Translations under genes and position numbers: made by a program | From: Candidatus Thorarchaeota archaeon | Lineage (GTDB): Archaea > Asgardarchaeota > Thorarchaeia > Thorarchaeales > Thorarchaeaceae | Length of the DNA: 26,317 nt | Reading direction: 5' to 3' | Assembly (NCBI GenBank): GCA_046758445.1 | Contig: JBHIAE010000040.1 | Span: forward strand, 1-26,317 | The notes under the pieces: model-generated | What the model was told of the DNA's origin: nothing | What the model saw: the letters and a program-made list of their open reading frames with translations, nothing else | The model's database searches: none | In this document: positions 11,301 to 18,768 of the stretch, piece by piece | How the letters are laid out: every line of letters begins with the position of its first letter | Numbering within the stretch: the first letter of the stretch is position 1

Positions 11301-11737
11301 TGCTTTATGAGTTCTTCATTTGACATGCCGTGGAGAAGACACTTCTCGCTTCGAAGCATAATGGGCATATCACCAATGTAGATCCTCATGGTTTCCATAC
11401 GAGTAGAGATGGACCCCTCCTTCCGTACCGGAGTCATGTCAAGGTATAGCTTGCTTGCATAGGTCAGGTTCCTGATCCGTGCCTCATTGGGGTACAGTGG
11501 ATGTTCGCTCCCATCGGCCTCTCTGACTGATGGAGCTTCAACTGCGATGTCCCCAAGCTCTACATGGTACCCCTCGACTTTCGGATTGAGCCTTGCTACA
11601 CTATCGACTACTTCCTGAATCTCCTCCCGAATGAAACGGTTGAATGAGTCCAGATGTTGGCCTACTAGCCCATAATAGTCGAAGAAGGCCTCAATGACAG
11701 GCCAGTACTTCCCCGTATCTTCAGTGTCTGTTGCCAT
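8366..11737 (-). CDS. rpoB: DNA-directed RNA polymerase subunit B (Rpo2, unsplit)
   Basis: GGYFIINGSERV, ETPEGPNCGLVKN, GDKYASRHGQKG, GGLRFGEMERD, C-terminal CxxC..CxxC; single 1123-aa ORF. Confidence 0.99.
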   Translation of the reverse strand: MATDTEDTGKYWPVIEAFFDYYGLVGQHLDSFNRFIREEIQEVVDSVARLNPKVEGYHVELGDIAVEAPSVREADGSEHPLYPNEARIRNLTYASKLYLDMTPVRKEGSISTRMETMRIYIGDMPIMLRSEKCLLHGMSNEELIKHGEDPKDPGGYFIINGSERVLVTQEDLAPNRILIEEASKSSSYTHIAKVFSTSRGFRAPVTIERKRTGELRVSFPSVPGKIPLAILLKALGLESDKEIVDVISDDNEIRNELIVTIEQSAPINAGREDEDSSTRDNALDFIGKRVAVGQTKEYRLARAEKVLDRYLLPHIGTEEVHRLQKAYYLGQMVERLLELVLIKRQADDKDHYANKRLKLSGDLLMSLFRVALYSLTRDIKYQLERTAVRGRKPNIRTAVRADVITQRLKHALATGNWVGGKAGVSQLLDRTNYISSLSHLRRVVSPLSRSQPHFEARDLHSTHWGKICPNETPEGPNCGLVKNIAMMAYISVGTDETAVEKALLKAEVEPIEKLKGRRGTKWADVFLNGRLVGIHPAPQVLAKTMRQKRRAGEIDQETNIAYYENTNEVQVNCDAGRVRRPAIVVENGKSRLTDEHLRMVEDVEWGYGDLMRNGIVEFLDAEEEENTLIAMYPNEIGPNTTHMEIVPSTILGISAALIPFPERNQSPRNVYMAGMAKQSVGVPASNFRYRADTRSHFFHYPQIPLVKTRAMDSIGYEERPALQNFVVAILSFEGYNIEDALIMNKASVERGLGRSTFARVYESEERKYPGGQEDRFEIPDRSVRGYRASESYRNLGEDGVIETEVEVQGGDVLIGRTSPPRFLEEYSEFEIASPNRRETSVAVRHGESGVVDSVILTETIDGNRLVKVKVRDLRIPELGDKYASRHGQKGVIGYIVPQEDVPFTESGVVPDLIINPHAIPSRMTIGQILEMIAGKAACVEGKQQDGTPFCGVKEEELFETLTKHGFQHNGREVMYSGITGEKLISNVFIGIVAMQKLHHMVADKIHARARGPVQILTRQPTEGRAREGGLRFGEMERDVLIGHGAAILLKGRLLDESDKSNMLVCEDCGLIGVYDRNKDQYYCPICGTNAKISSVVVSYAFKLLIQEMMSLGLAARLRLKEMI

Positions 11738-11763
11738 ATCACAACACCATGACTATGTGGGAC

Positions 11764-11879
11764 GGGGGAACCACTGCTAGCATACGCTTCCCTAAGCATG
11801 AACCCAGAAGTCCGAGCTCACCCATTTGCCGCAATAGCCGCCCCGTGTGTTTTTGCTCAAGTTCTGACTGCGTTCCCCC
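11764..11879 (-). ncRNA. Candidate structured RNA (three-way junction) between tRNA-Lys and rpoB
   Basis: Closing helix GGGGGAAC/GTTCCCCC; long arm CAGAA-TTGAGC...GCTCGG-TTCTG; short arm ATGCTT-AGGG-AAGCGT. G-U pairs form only on the minus strand. Folded by eye. Confidence 0.55.
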
Positions 11880-11894
11880 ACTCAGCATGAGATG

Positions 11895-12003
11895 TGGCGG
11901 GCTCGGCGGGATTTGAACCCGCGGCCCTTCCCCGATACAAGAAGAAATCATCTTGTTCTTCAGGTTAAAAGCCTGCTGCGCTACCTAGCTGCGCCACGAG
12001 CCC
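11895..12003 (-). tRNA. tRNA-Lys (UUU) with a ~32-nt non-canonical intron near 43/44; CCA encoded
   Basis: Acceptor GGGCTCG/CGAGCCC, D stem GCGC/GCGC, anticodon arm GCAGG-CTTTTAA-CCTG, T arm GCGGG-TTCAAAT-CCCGC. Extra sequence at about 11928-11959 contains an ACAAGA/TCTTGT hairpin. Confidence 0.93.
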
Positions 12004-12810
12004 TCTACATGTACAGACCAAGCACAACGCATGATGTATTGTAGTGTCGAACTATGTGGAGAGTTGTAAAGCGCGCAATGCGTGGCCATGCATGAGTGGG
12101 AAGCTATCTGCCTGAGCTGTCCGGACGGGATTGTGTAACCATAAAAGGGTTTCCATAAAACGAAAGATGGAGTATCATCTACTTCGGTTTGGGTGAACCA
12201 GTCCATATAGTGCCGTCATTGGTAAAAAGCATTGTGCTGGAACTGTCCAAGTGTAGAGAATCGCTGTCTGATTCAGGGACGTTGGCTGAACCATTTGCGT
12301 AGCTCGGCCTAGCCTGACCTGTTTCGCAGTATCGGTACAAGCACGATTCCACAAAACTCTCATGTTCCACTCATTCCTAGCCCGATGTTACCACCAAACT
12401 CTGGAGCCACCCTGAGTTTGGCTAAAACTTTGTATGAGATCATTGGGACTTTGTCCCTCCTTCAAACCTGGCTTCCTTCCCCTGTCTTGTTACTAGTGTA
12501 TCACTTCCAGAAACAGAAGGACTTCCCATGACTCTTGCCACGGCGGGGTCATTGTCACTCATCTCAGACTCGTCGCCAAGACTGAAAACGCTCATTTGAG
12601 CATGGCGAACAGCCGCGGACTCTCCAAGACTAGATACACAGTCTTTGGAGGAGAGTAAGGACTTCTCTCGAGATGATTGGTTCCTTTGGGCTTTCAGTTG
12701 CGTGTTTCGTCTTCCTTTATGACTACTAGCACACTTACCTAGTCCTATCACGACTATTCGTCAATGCTCGGCCCTTCTTAGCTCATACCGAGAGCATCCC
12801 AAGGACAAGG

Positions 12811-12817
12811 TTTAATA
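12811..12817 (+). promoter_or_regulatory. TATA box of tRNA-Asp
   Basis: TTTAATA preceded by purine-rich sequence, about 50 nt upstream of the mature tRNA. Confidence 0.5.
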
Positions 12818-12864
12818 GAAATCCAGAAGTGGGTCGGTTGCTCAGACTATTTCAGAGTACGTTA

Positions 12865-12972
12865 GCCCCTGTAGTGTAGCTCGGCCAATGCTGTAGATTT
12901 CCCACAGCATCCGAAATAGCATTCAAGACTGTCACTCTTGAGACCCGGGTTCAAATCCCGGCGGGGGCGCCA
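12865..12972 (+). tRNA. tRNA-Asp (GUC) with a 30-nt D-loop intron (20a/20b); CCA encoded
   Basis: Acceptor GCCCCTG/CGGGGGC, anticodon arm CAAGA-CTGTCAC-TCTTG, T arm CCGGG-TTCAAAT-CCCGG. Intron 12887-12916 has a TCGG/CCGA central helix and an ATGCTGT/ACAGCAT stem. Confidence 0.95.
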
Positions 12973-13041
12973 TCTTCTTCTGAATCGGTTTGATTTCTAT
13001 AAAGATACATAGGACGCACGCTTCCGGACTAGCTTGAAGAA

Positions 13042-13924
13042 ATGACCGCATCAGAGATACCGTATAGTGGAGAGGCTATTGCCAAGGTAGGTGATATTGA
13101 GATTGCCTACGACGCTTTCGGAAACTCCTCTGGCTCACCTTTGCTGCTCGTCATGGGGCTAGGAATGCAGATGATCCTCTGGAATGATGCCTTCTGCAAG
13201 CAACTGGCCGCTCAGGGATACTGGGTGATTCGCTTCGATAACCGAGATGTCGGATTGTCAACGAAATTCGATGATGCAGGCCTACCGGATATACTCTCAC
13301 TGATGCAGGGTAAGGCAGTAGAAGTGCCCTACAGAATATCGGACATGGCATCTGATGCCGTGGGTCTACTTGACGCCCTGAAGATCGATGCAGCTCATGT
13401 CGTGGGTGTTTCGATGGGAGGAATGATTGCACAAAGCATAGCAATCCATTATCCTGAACGAATCCGAACTCTGACGTCAATTATGTCCTCAACTGGCAAT
13501 CCCGATCTACCACAGCCAAAGCCAGAAGTAGCATCCATATTGGTGAGCTGACCGTGCGGAGTATATTGAATACTCGCTGAAGACCCAGCGTTTGCTCCAG
13601 GGTCCAGGTTTCCCCCTAGATGAGGAACTCGTCCGTGAGCGTTCTGGACGCGCGCATGACCGTAGCTACTATCCTTACGGAACGGGAAGACAATTGGCGG
13701 CTATTCTCGCCTCTGGTAGCCGGAATGATGCTTTGAAAGATGTTAGAACGCCCACTCTCGTTATTCATGGTGACGCAGACCCCCTTATTCCTGTAGAGGC
13801 CGGAAAAGACACTGCTGAAACCATTCCGGGAGCGGAGCTAATGATTATCGAAGGAATGGGTCATAGTATACCAATTGAAGTGGAGCCACGCATAATCGAG
13901 GCTATAGTACGCCATACTTCATAG
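13042..13924 (+). pseudogene. Alpha/beta-hydrolase (esterase) split by a frameshift at about 13549
   Basis: The N-half has RFDNRDVG and the GVSMGG nucleophile elbow. The C-half in the +1 frame (DRAEYIEY...) carries the catalytic Asp (HGDADPL) and His (GMGH). Confidence 0.8.
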
Positions 13925-14009
13925 ATCTCTCTCTTCCCTCACATGATTTTCTTGCCATACTGAAACATAGAAAAGGAAAACCGATGTCTATTAACTATAG
14001 TGAATCACC

Positions 14010-14297
14010 ATGAATCTTTTGATATTCCTATTCAAATCTGGACTGCCTCTTGAAGAAATAGAGAAGACATCCGAGCAAAGAGCCGATCGTTATCTACAGG
14101 TGAAGGGTCTGATACAGAAGTACTATGTCCTTGACAAGTCGACTGACCGCGCAGGTGGTGTCTTTGTATTTGACTCAGAGGAGAATCTTGCGACGTTTAG
14201 AGAGTCAGAATTGGCAAAGAGTACTGGTGAGGCCTACAAGTTCCTCGAACCGCCTCACACGAGAGTACTTGAGATAGCCAAGGTTCTTCGAGAGTAG
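14010..14297 (+). CDS. YdhR-like dimeric alpha/beta-barrel (putative monooxygenase) protein
   Basis: VKGLIQKYY and GGVFVFDS family-like pattern; 95 aa. Confidence 0.75.
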   Translation: MNLLIFLFKSGLPLEEIEKTSEQRADRYLQVKGLIQKYYVLDKSTDRAGGVFVFDSEENLATFRESELAKSTGEAYKFLEPPHTRVLEIAKVLRE

Positions 14298-14431
14298 TAG
14301 TCATCTAGGCTGGGGACTTCCCGTTCTAACAACTCCTCATCAGAAGCAATGAGCATGGGGAGTACTCTTAAGATAAGAAACCGAATCCCGAAGGAATCGC
14401 CCAACCCGGCACGTTGGTGAGAGGCGGACAG

Positions 14432-15436
14432 ATGACAGACTTCTTGGACGCTTGTTATGAAGCAATCAAGAAACAGGAAACTTCCATTTCTGAAACTGTG
14501 AAGTGCGTAAGTGAGGAAGATGTTGACCTTCTCAAGAACAGGCGGCTTATCATCCTTACCGGGTGTGGCGATTCCTATGCCGTGGCCGAATACGGGAAAT
14601 GGGCCTTTCTTGGGATTGGGCTCAACGCTGTTGCTCTCTCTCCATTGGCAATCTCGCAGGTCCAGCTCGGTGAAGACTCTGTAGTGATTGGAGTGAGTGC
14701 CTCTGGAAGGAGTGTCACTACGATTGACGCGCTCAAGACTGCTAGAGCAGCGAACGCAAGTACTGTCATTCTCACAGACGACCCTAAGGGCAAAGCGACT
14801 GAGAATGCTGGTCGGGTTTGGTTGACCCAATCCGGTGTGAATGATTACAACATTAGCCCTTCGTCAGTCACAACAACAGCAATGGCATATCTTCTCAAAT
14901 TAGCAGTGATGCATGAAGAGTCGCCTGAAAGTCAGATCAGTCATGATCTCCATCAGCTTGGACAGATAGGCAGGAAGATGGTGAAATGGGCCGAAAGAGT
15001 GGGCCAGGGGGTTTCTGAGATTGTATTCCCAGATAGCCCTCTATACGTAATATCAGATGGACCAAATCACGTTGCCGCTCAGGTCGGAATGATGAAGTTC
15101 AATGAATACTCGGTTGTTCAGAGCTTTGCAGCGGAGAGGGAGGACTTCCGGCACTATCATGTTCTATCAGTCAATGAGGGCGATTCTGCCGTATTGGTAT
15201 CCGACAGTCCTCCAGGCGATGATGATCAGCGATACATGCAAGTATTGACGAACAGACTGAGGATGAGAGCTTCTCATCTCTATACACCCAAAAGTCTGGG
15301 TCTTGTGAGCGCTCTTGGACAGGTGATACCGAACTCGATTGCCTTCCAAATGGCTGCGTTCTACAATGTTGTTAGGTACGATAGCGACAAAGCTGGCTGG
15401 AAACGGCCGAATGTTGATGTCTTCAGGATATATTGA
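14432..15436 (+). CDS. SIS-domain sugar-phosphate isomerase/deaminase family protein (GlmS/AgaS/FrlB-like, no glutaminase domain)
   Basis: TGCGDSY, GVSASGRS and MKFNEY motifs; two SIS domains; ATG 14432 follows GGTGA/GAGG (track start 14414 is TTG). Confidence 0.85.
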   Translation: MTDFLDACYEAIKKQETSISETVKCVSEEDVDLLKNRRLIILTGCGDSYAVAEYGKWAFLGIGLNAVALSPLAISQVQLGEDSVVIGVSASGRSVTTIDALKTARAANASTVILTDDPKGKATENAGRVWLTQSGVNDYNISPSSVTTTAMAYLLKLAVMHEESPESQISHDLHQLGQIGRKMVKWAERVGQGVSEIVFPDSPLYVISDGPNHVAAQVGMMKFNEYSVVQSFAAEREDFRHYHVLSVNEGDSAVLVSDSPPGDDDQRYMQVLTNRLRMRASHLYTPKSLGLVSALGQVIPNSIAFQMAAFYNVVRYDSDKAGWKRPNVDVFRIY

Positions 15437-15447
15437 CGCTGATTGGC

Positions 15448-16203
15448 CTACATCATTCCCCGGTATAGCCCTCCATCAATCAACAACAATGCACCGTGAA
15501 CATAGCTGGCCAGAGGGCTCAATAGAAAAGCACAGACTGGGCCAAACTCATCTGGATTGCCCATACGACCGAGCGGAACACTTGCCTCCAAGCTCTCCTT
15601 GGCTGACTTGTTGTTCGCGAGAATCTGTTCCACCCTCGCTGTGTAGATATATCCAGGGCAGACTGCATTCACTCGAATGCCCTCCGGTCCGATCTCGTTC
15701 GCCAGAGTGCGCATCATTCCAATCACAGCCGGTCGAATTGTGTTCGAGAGAAGCAAATTGTCGATTGGCTGTTTTACAGAGATTGAGGTGCTGTAGAGGA
15801 TCGAAGGTGAGTCCGCCTTCTTCAGTAGAGGCAATGACTCTCTTGTGAGCCATATCGCGCTCATCAATGTGAGATTGAGGCCTGCTTTCCAGTCATCATC
15901 AGACACGTCTGAGAACATTCCGGGGGGAGGTCCTCCTGCGTTGACGTAGAGACCATCCAGCTTTAAGCTTCTCTCCTCAGCAAAGCTGACCAGGGTCTTG
16001 ATATCGTCATACTTTGATACATCAGCCACGACATACTCTGCCCTTTGGCCAAGTTTGGAAACAGCCTCTTTGAGTGAGTCCTCTGAGCGGCCACAGATGA
16101 TGACATTGGCACCTTCTTGACTAAGTGCCTTGGCCACTCCGAAACCAAGACCCCGTGATGCAGCAGTCGCTATTATCGTCTTGTCTTCTAGTTGAAGGTC
16201 CAT
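15448..16203 (-). CDS. Short-chain dehydrogenase/reductase (FabG-like, atypical subgroup)
   Basis: TAASRGLG, VNAGGPPPG, SNTIR in place of YxxxK, IRVNAVCPG, IDGG. Confidence 0.92.
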   Translation of the reverse strand: MDLQLEDKTIIATAASRGLGFGVAKALSQEGANVIICGRSEDSLKEAVSKLGQRAEYVVADVSKYDDIKTLVSFAEERSLKLDGLYVNAGGPPPGMFSDVSDDDWKAGLNLTLMSAIWLTRESLPLLKKADSPSILYSTSISVKQPIDNLLLSNTIRPAVIGMMRTLANEIGPEGIRVNAVCPGYIYTARVEQILANNKSAKESLEASVPLGRMGNPDEFGPVCAFLLSPLASYVHGALLLIDGGLYRGMM

Positions 16204-16262
16204 GGCTCCGCCAACACCGACGGGGGCTGTGAATGTCGCAGTATTTCACTCTTGCGAACCGA

Positions 16263-16550
16263 TTACTCGGCTATTGTTGAGATAGCGGCTTCAGTCCTTG
16301 CTCCGAGTCTTACCTCAAGATGCAGGAAAGCTGCACTAAGACGCTGGAAGGTCGGAGGTACACTGAACTCTCCAACTCCAAGTGAGTTCAGCACTCTCTG
16401 AACCTTAATGGGAGTGAGTTTCTGGCTATCTGTTGAACTGAATGCTAATAGAACTCTTGGGTCATCTGGGTCAGGAATCCTGTACACTGATTGGCATCGA
16501 ATTCCCTTGTCTTCAAGTCCGTACTTTATCTTGGCCTCTATTGTCTCCAT
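16263..16550 (-). CDS. Hypothetical protein (95 aa)
   Basis: ATG-initiated ORF with GGTGG upstream and globular alpha/beta composition, filling the gap between fprA and the SDR. Confidence 0.7.
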   Translation of the reverse strand: METIEAKIKYGLEDKGIRCQSVYRIPDPDDPRVLLAFSSTDSQKLTPIKVQRVLNSLGVGEFSVPPTFQRLSAAFLHLEVRLGARTEAAISTIAE

Positions 16551-16683
16551 TTCGACAGTCCACCAAGATGTTGTTCCGTTCTAGGGTACAAAAGCACCTG
16601 TATTAACATCGTAATACAGATGTTTGGCGACATAGAGTACTAGGCTCGTTAGCTACATGCAGTGACTGCGCCGCAGAGTGTTC

Positions 16684-17874
16684 TCATTTCACCTTCTTTG
16701 CGAATTCTTGGCCGTATTCAAATGCATTCTGCAGCTCGTCATCACTTGGCACCCATTTGACCGTGAGGGGTTCCATAACGATGTCCATCTTGCCCCGCTC
16801 CATTGACTCATGAATTCTCTTGACTGCCCCACCGCCCCAGCCATATGAGCCGAATGCGGCACACTTCTTCCCCGCTGGCTTTAGTACCTCCAGATCCGAT
16901 AATAGAGGAGCCATTGTAGGCAGGATGTCATTGTGAAGAGTGGAACATCCAACAAGGATTCCCTTTGCTTCCAGCAGATCAGCTATGATGTCACCGCGGT
17001 CGTTATGTGGAATGAGTCTGAGTAGAGGTGTCAGGCCTTCATCCTGCACCCCTTCAGCAATCGCACGGGCCAGCATTGTTGTACTCTGCCACATTGTGTC
17101 CCATGCTATCACCACTTTGTCGGTTGTTCGTTCTCCCTTCGCCCATTGCAAGTATCTTGTGACAATCTCAAGCGGGTCCTTTCGCCAGATTAGCCCGTGA
17201 GAGGGTGCAATGACCTTAATGGGTAGATCCAACTTGAGAACTTCCTCAATCTTGCGTTGTACCATGCGGCTCAGAGGCCACAGGATATTTGCATAGTACT
17301 TTTCCGTTTCTCTCCAGAGTGTAACTTGGTCTACCTCGTCTGCAAATCGTTTCTCGGTGGCATAATGCTGTCCAAACGCGTCATTTGGCATGAGAAGCTG
17401 TTCCTCTACATAGTAAGTGAACATTGATTCTGGCCAATGCAACATGGGAGCTTCATAGAATCTCAATGTTTTACCGCCAAGATCAATCTCGTTGCCGGTC
17501 TTTACAGTCTGAATCTTCCAACCGTCGCCATAGTGTTTCTTCAGCTGATCTACAGCTTTCGGAGTGCAGACAAGGGTCGCATTCTCTACAATCTTGAGAA
17601 CGTCAGGTACTGCGCCGGAGTGGTCCATCTCAGTGTGATTTGATATCATATAGCCGATATTTTGGAAGTCAACAACCTCCGATATGCGTTCAAACATTTC
17701 ATCTGAGAAAGGGCCGTAGACTGCATCGACCAATGCTGTCTTCTCCCCAACTACTATGTAGGCATTGTATGTGGTTCCATGATGGGTTGTATAGCTATAT
17801 CCATGGAAATGGCGCACATTGTGGTCAATAGCTCCAACCCAGTATACGTCCTTCATGACTTCAATGGGTTTCAT
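16684..17874 (-). CDS. fprA: Flavodiiron protein (FprA family O2/NO reductase)
   Basis: GTTYNAY, HTEMDHSG, LHWPES, NDAFGQH and PSHG diiron ligands; C-terminal flavodoxin (TMWQSTT, FGSYGWGGGA). Confidence 0.96.
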   Translation of the reverse strand: MKPIEVMKDVYWVGAIDHNVRHFHGYSYTTHHGTTYNAYIVVGEKTALVDAVYGPFSDEMFERISEVVDFQNIGYMISNHTEMDHSGAVPDVLKIVENATLVCTPKAVDQLKKHYGDGWKIQTVKTGNEIDLGGKTLRFYEAPMLHWPESMFTYYVEEQLLMPNDAFGQHYATEKRFADEVDQVTLWRETEKYYANILWPLSRMVQRKIEEVLKLDLPIKVIAPSHGLIWRKDPLEIVTRYLQWAKGERTTDKVVIAWDTMWQSTTMLARAIAEGVQDEGLTPLLRLIPHNDRGDIIADLLEAKGILVGCSTLHNDILPTMAPLLSDLEVLKPAGKKCAAFGSYGWGGGAVKRIHESMERGKMDIVMEPLTVKWVPSDDELQNAFEYGQEFAKKVK

Positions 17875-17896
17875 TCTATCACAGACAGGCGAGTAT

Positions 17897-17929
17897 TGAC
17901 AGATGTAATAAATGGATTAGTTACTGTCA
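17897..17929. promoter_or_regulatory. fprA TATA box (minus-strand TTTATTA) flanked by a TGACAG-N21-CTGTCA inverted repeat
   Basis: Read directly; the TATA-like element is 32-38 nt upstream of the fprA ATG. Confidence 0.45.
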
Positions 17930-18133
17930 GACAATGATCTCAGGCACAGACGCTGCGTCATTGGCATTCGCGCTGGTTACGTCAGGGCCTCTTCATCTTC
18001 CGAAGGAGGTTGCGGGTAACACGAATGAACGTTAATGGGTTCAAACTGCGTGAAATGGGCTCTAATAATGCCTAAGATTCAATTCACCAGAATCACGAGC
18101 TAGATAAGGCGTTCTTTTAGATGAGGAACCATC

Positions 18134-18673
18134 ATGACAATGAGTGTCGATGAGGCCATTAGAGAAAGGAGAAGCGTCAGAGCATACGAGGACCGTCCGG
18201 TTTCGGAAAACCTGATCAGACAAATCATCGAAGCTGCAACATTTGCGCCAAGTGCGAAAAACGGTCAGCAATGGAGGTTCACTGTGCTCATTGGAGATTC
18301 AAAGAAACAGTTCACAGACCTCTACAGGCAAGAACTCGACAGACTGAAGTTTGACTTGGGTTCCTCCTATGGATCCTGCAACATGATGGAGAAAGCCCCT
18401 GTGGTGATAATCGTCTGGAACACGAACGAGAGAGGGTGGAGTACCGAGGTCCATAGCGTGGCTGCTGCAATTCAGAACTTGCTCCTCAAGGCATACTCAC
18501 TAGGTCTGGGAACGTGCTGGATTGGAGACATTTTCTATACCCATAACGCCATTATGGACCATTTCAAGAAACCCTGGAATCTTCTGGCGGCTATCACTGT
18601 GGGGTGGCCAGCAGTGAACCCGAAGATGAAACCCAGACTTTCGGTTGACGAAGTGACGGATTTCTTAGATTAG
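18134..18673 (+). CDS. Nitroreductase family protein
   Basis: RRSVRAY, APSAKNGQQWRF, AAIQNLLLKAYSLGLGTCWIG. Confidence 0.95.
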   Translation: MTMSVDEAIRERRSVRAYEDRPVSENLIRQIIEAATFAPSAKNGQQWRFTVLIGDSKKQFTDLYRQELDRLKFDLGSSYGSCNMMEKAPVVIIVWNTNERGWSTEVHSVAAAIQNLLLKAYSLGLGTCWIGDIFYTHNAIMDHFKKPWNLLAAITVGWPAVNPKMKPRLSVDEVTDFLD

Positions 18674-18768
18674 TGAACATCAGGACATCGGATCAAATGA
18701 CAGATTGGTCAATAAGAAGCAGTCAGGACAGCTGCAGAGGAAATCGAGTCAGAAGAAACTGATAAGAC

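Noticed and set aside
11764-11879. Assignment as 5S rRNA or as the 70-aa ORF 11739-11951
   Set aside because: It lacks the 5S loop C and loop E consensus, and the ORF overlaps tRNA-Lys with no Rpo5 motifs.
13549-13551. Selenocysteine readthrough of the hydrolase TGA
   Set aside because: The downstream half is in a different frame, and in-frame readthrough stops again five codons later.
12950-14420. Integrated element at tRNA-Asp
   Set aside because: No integrase and no duplicated tRNA 3' end (att site) were found.
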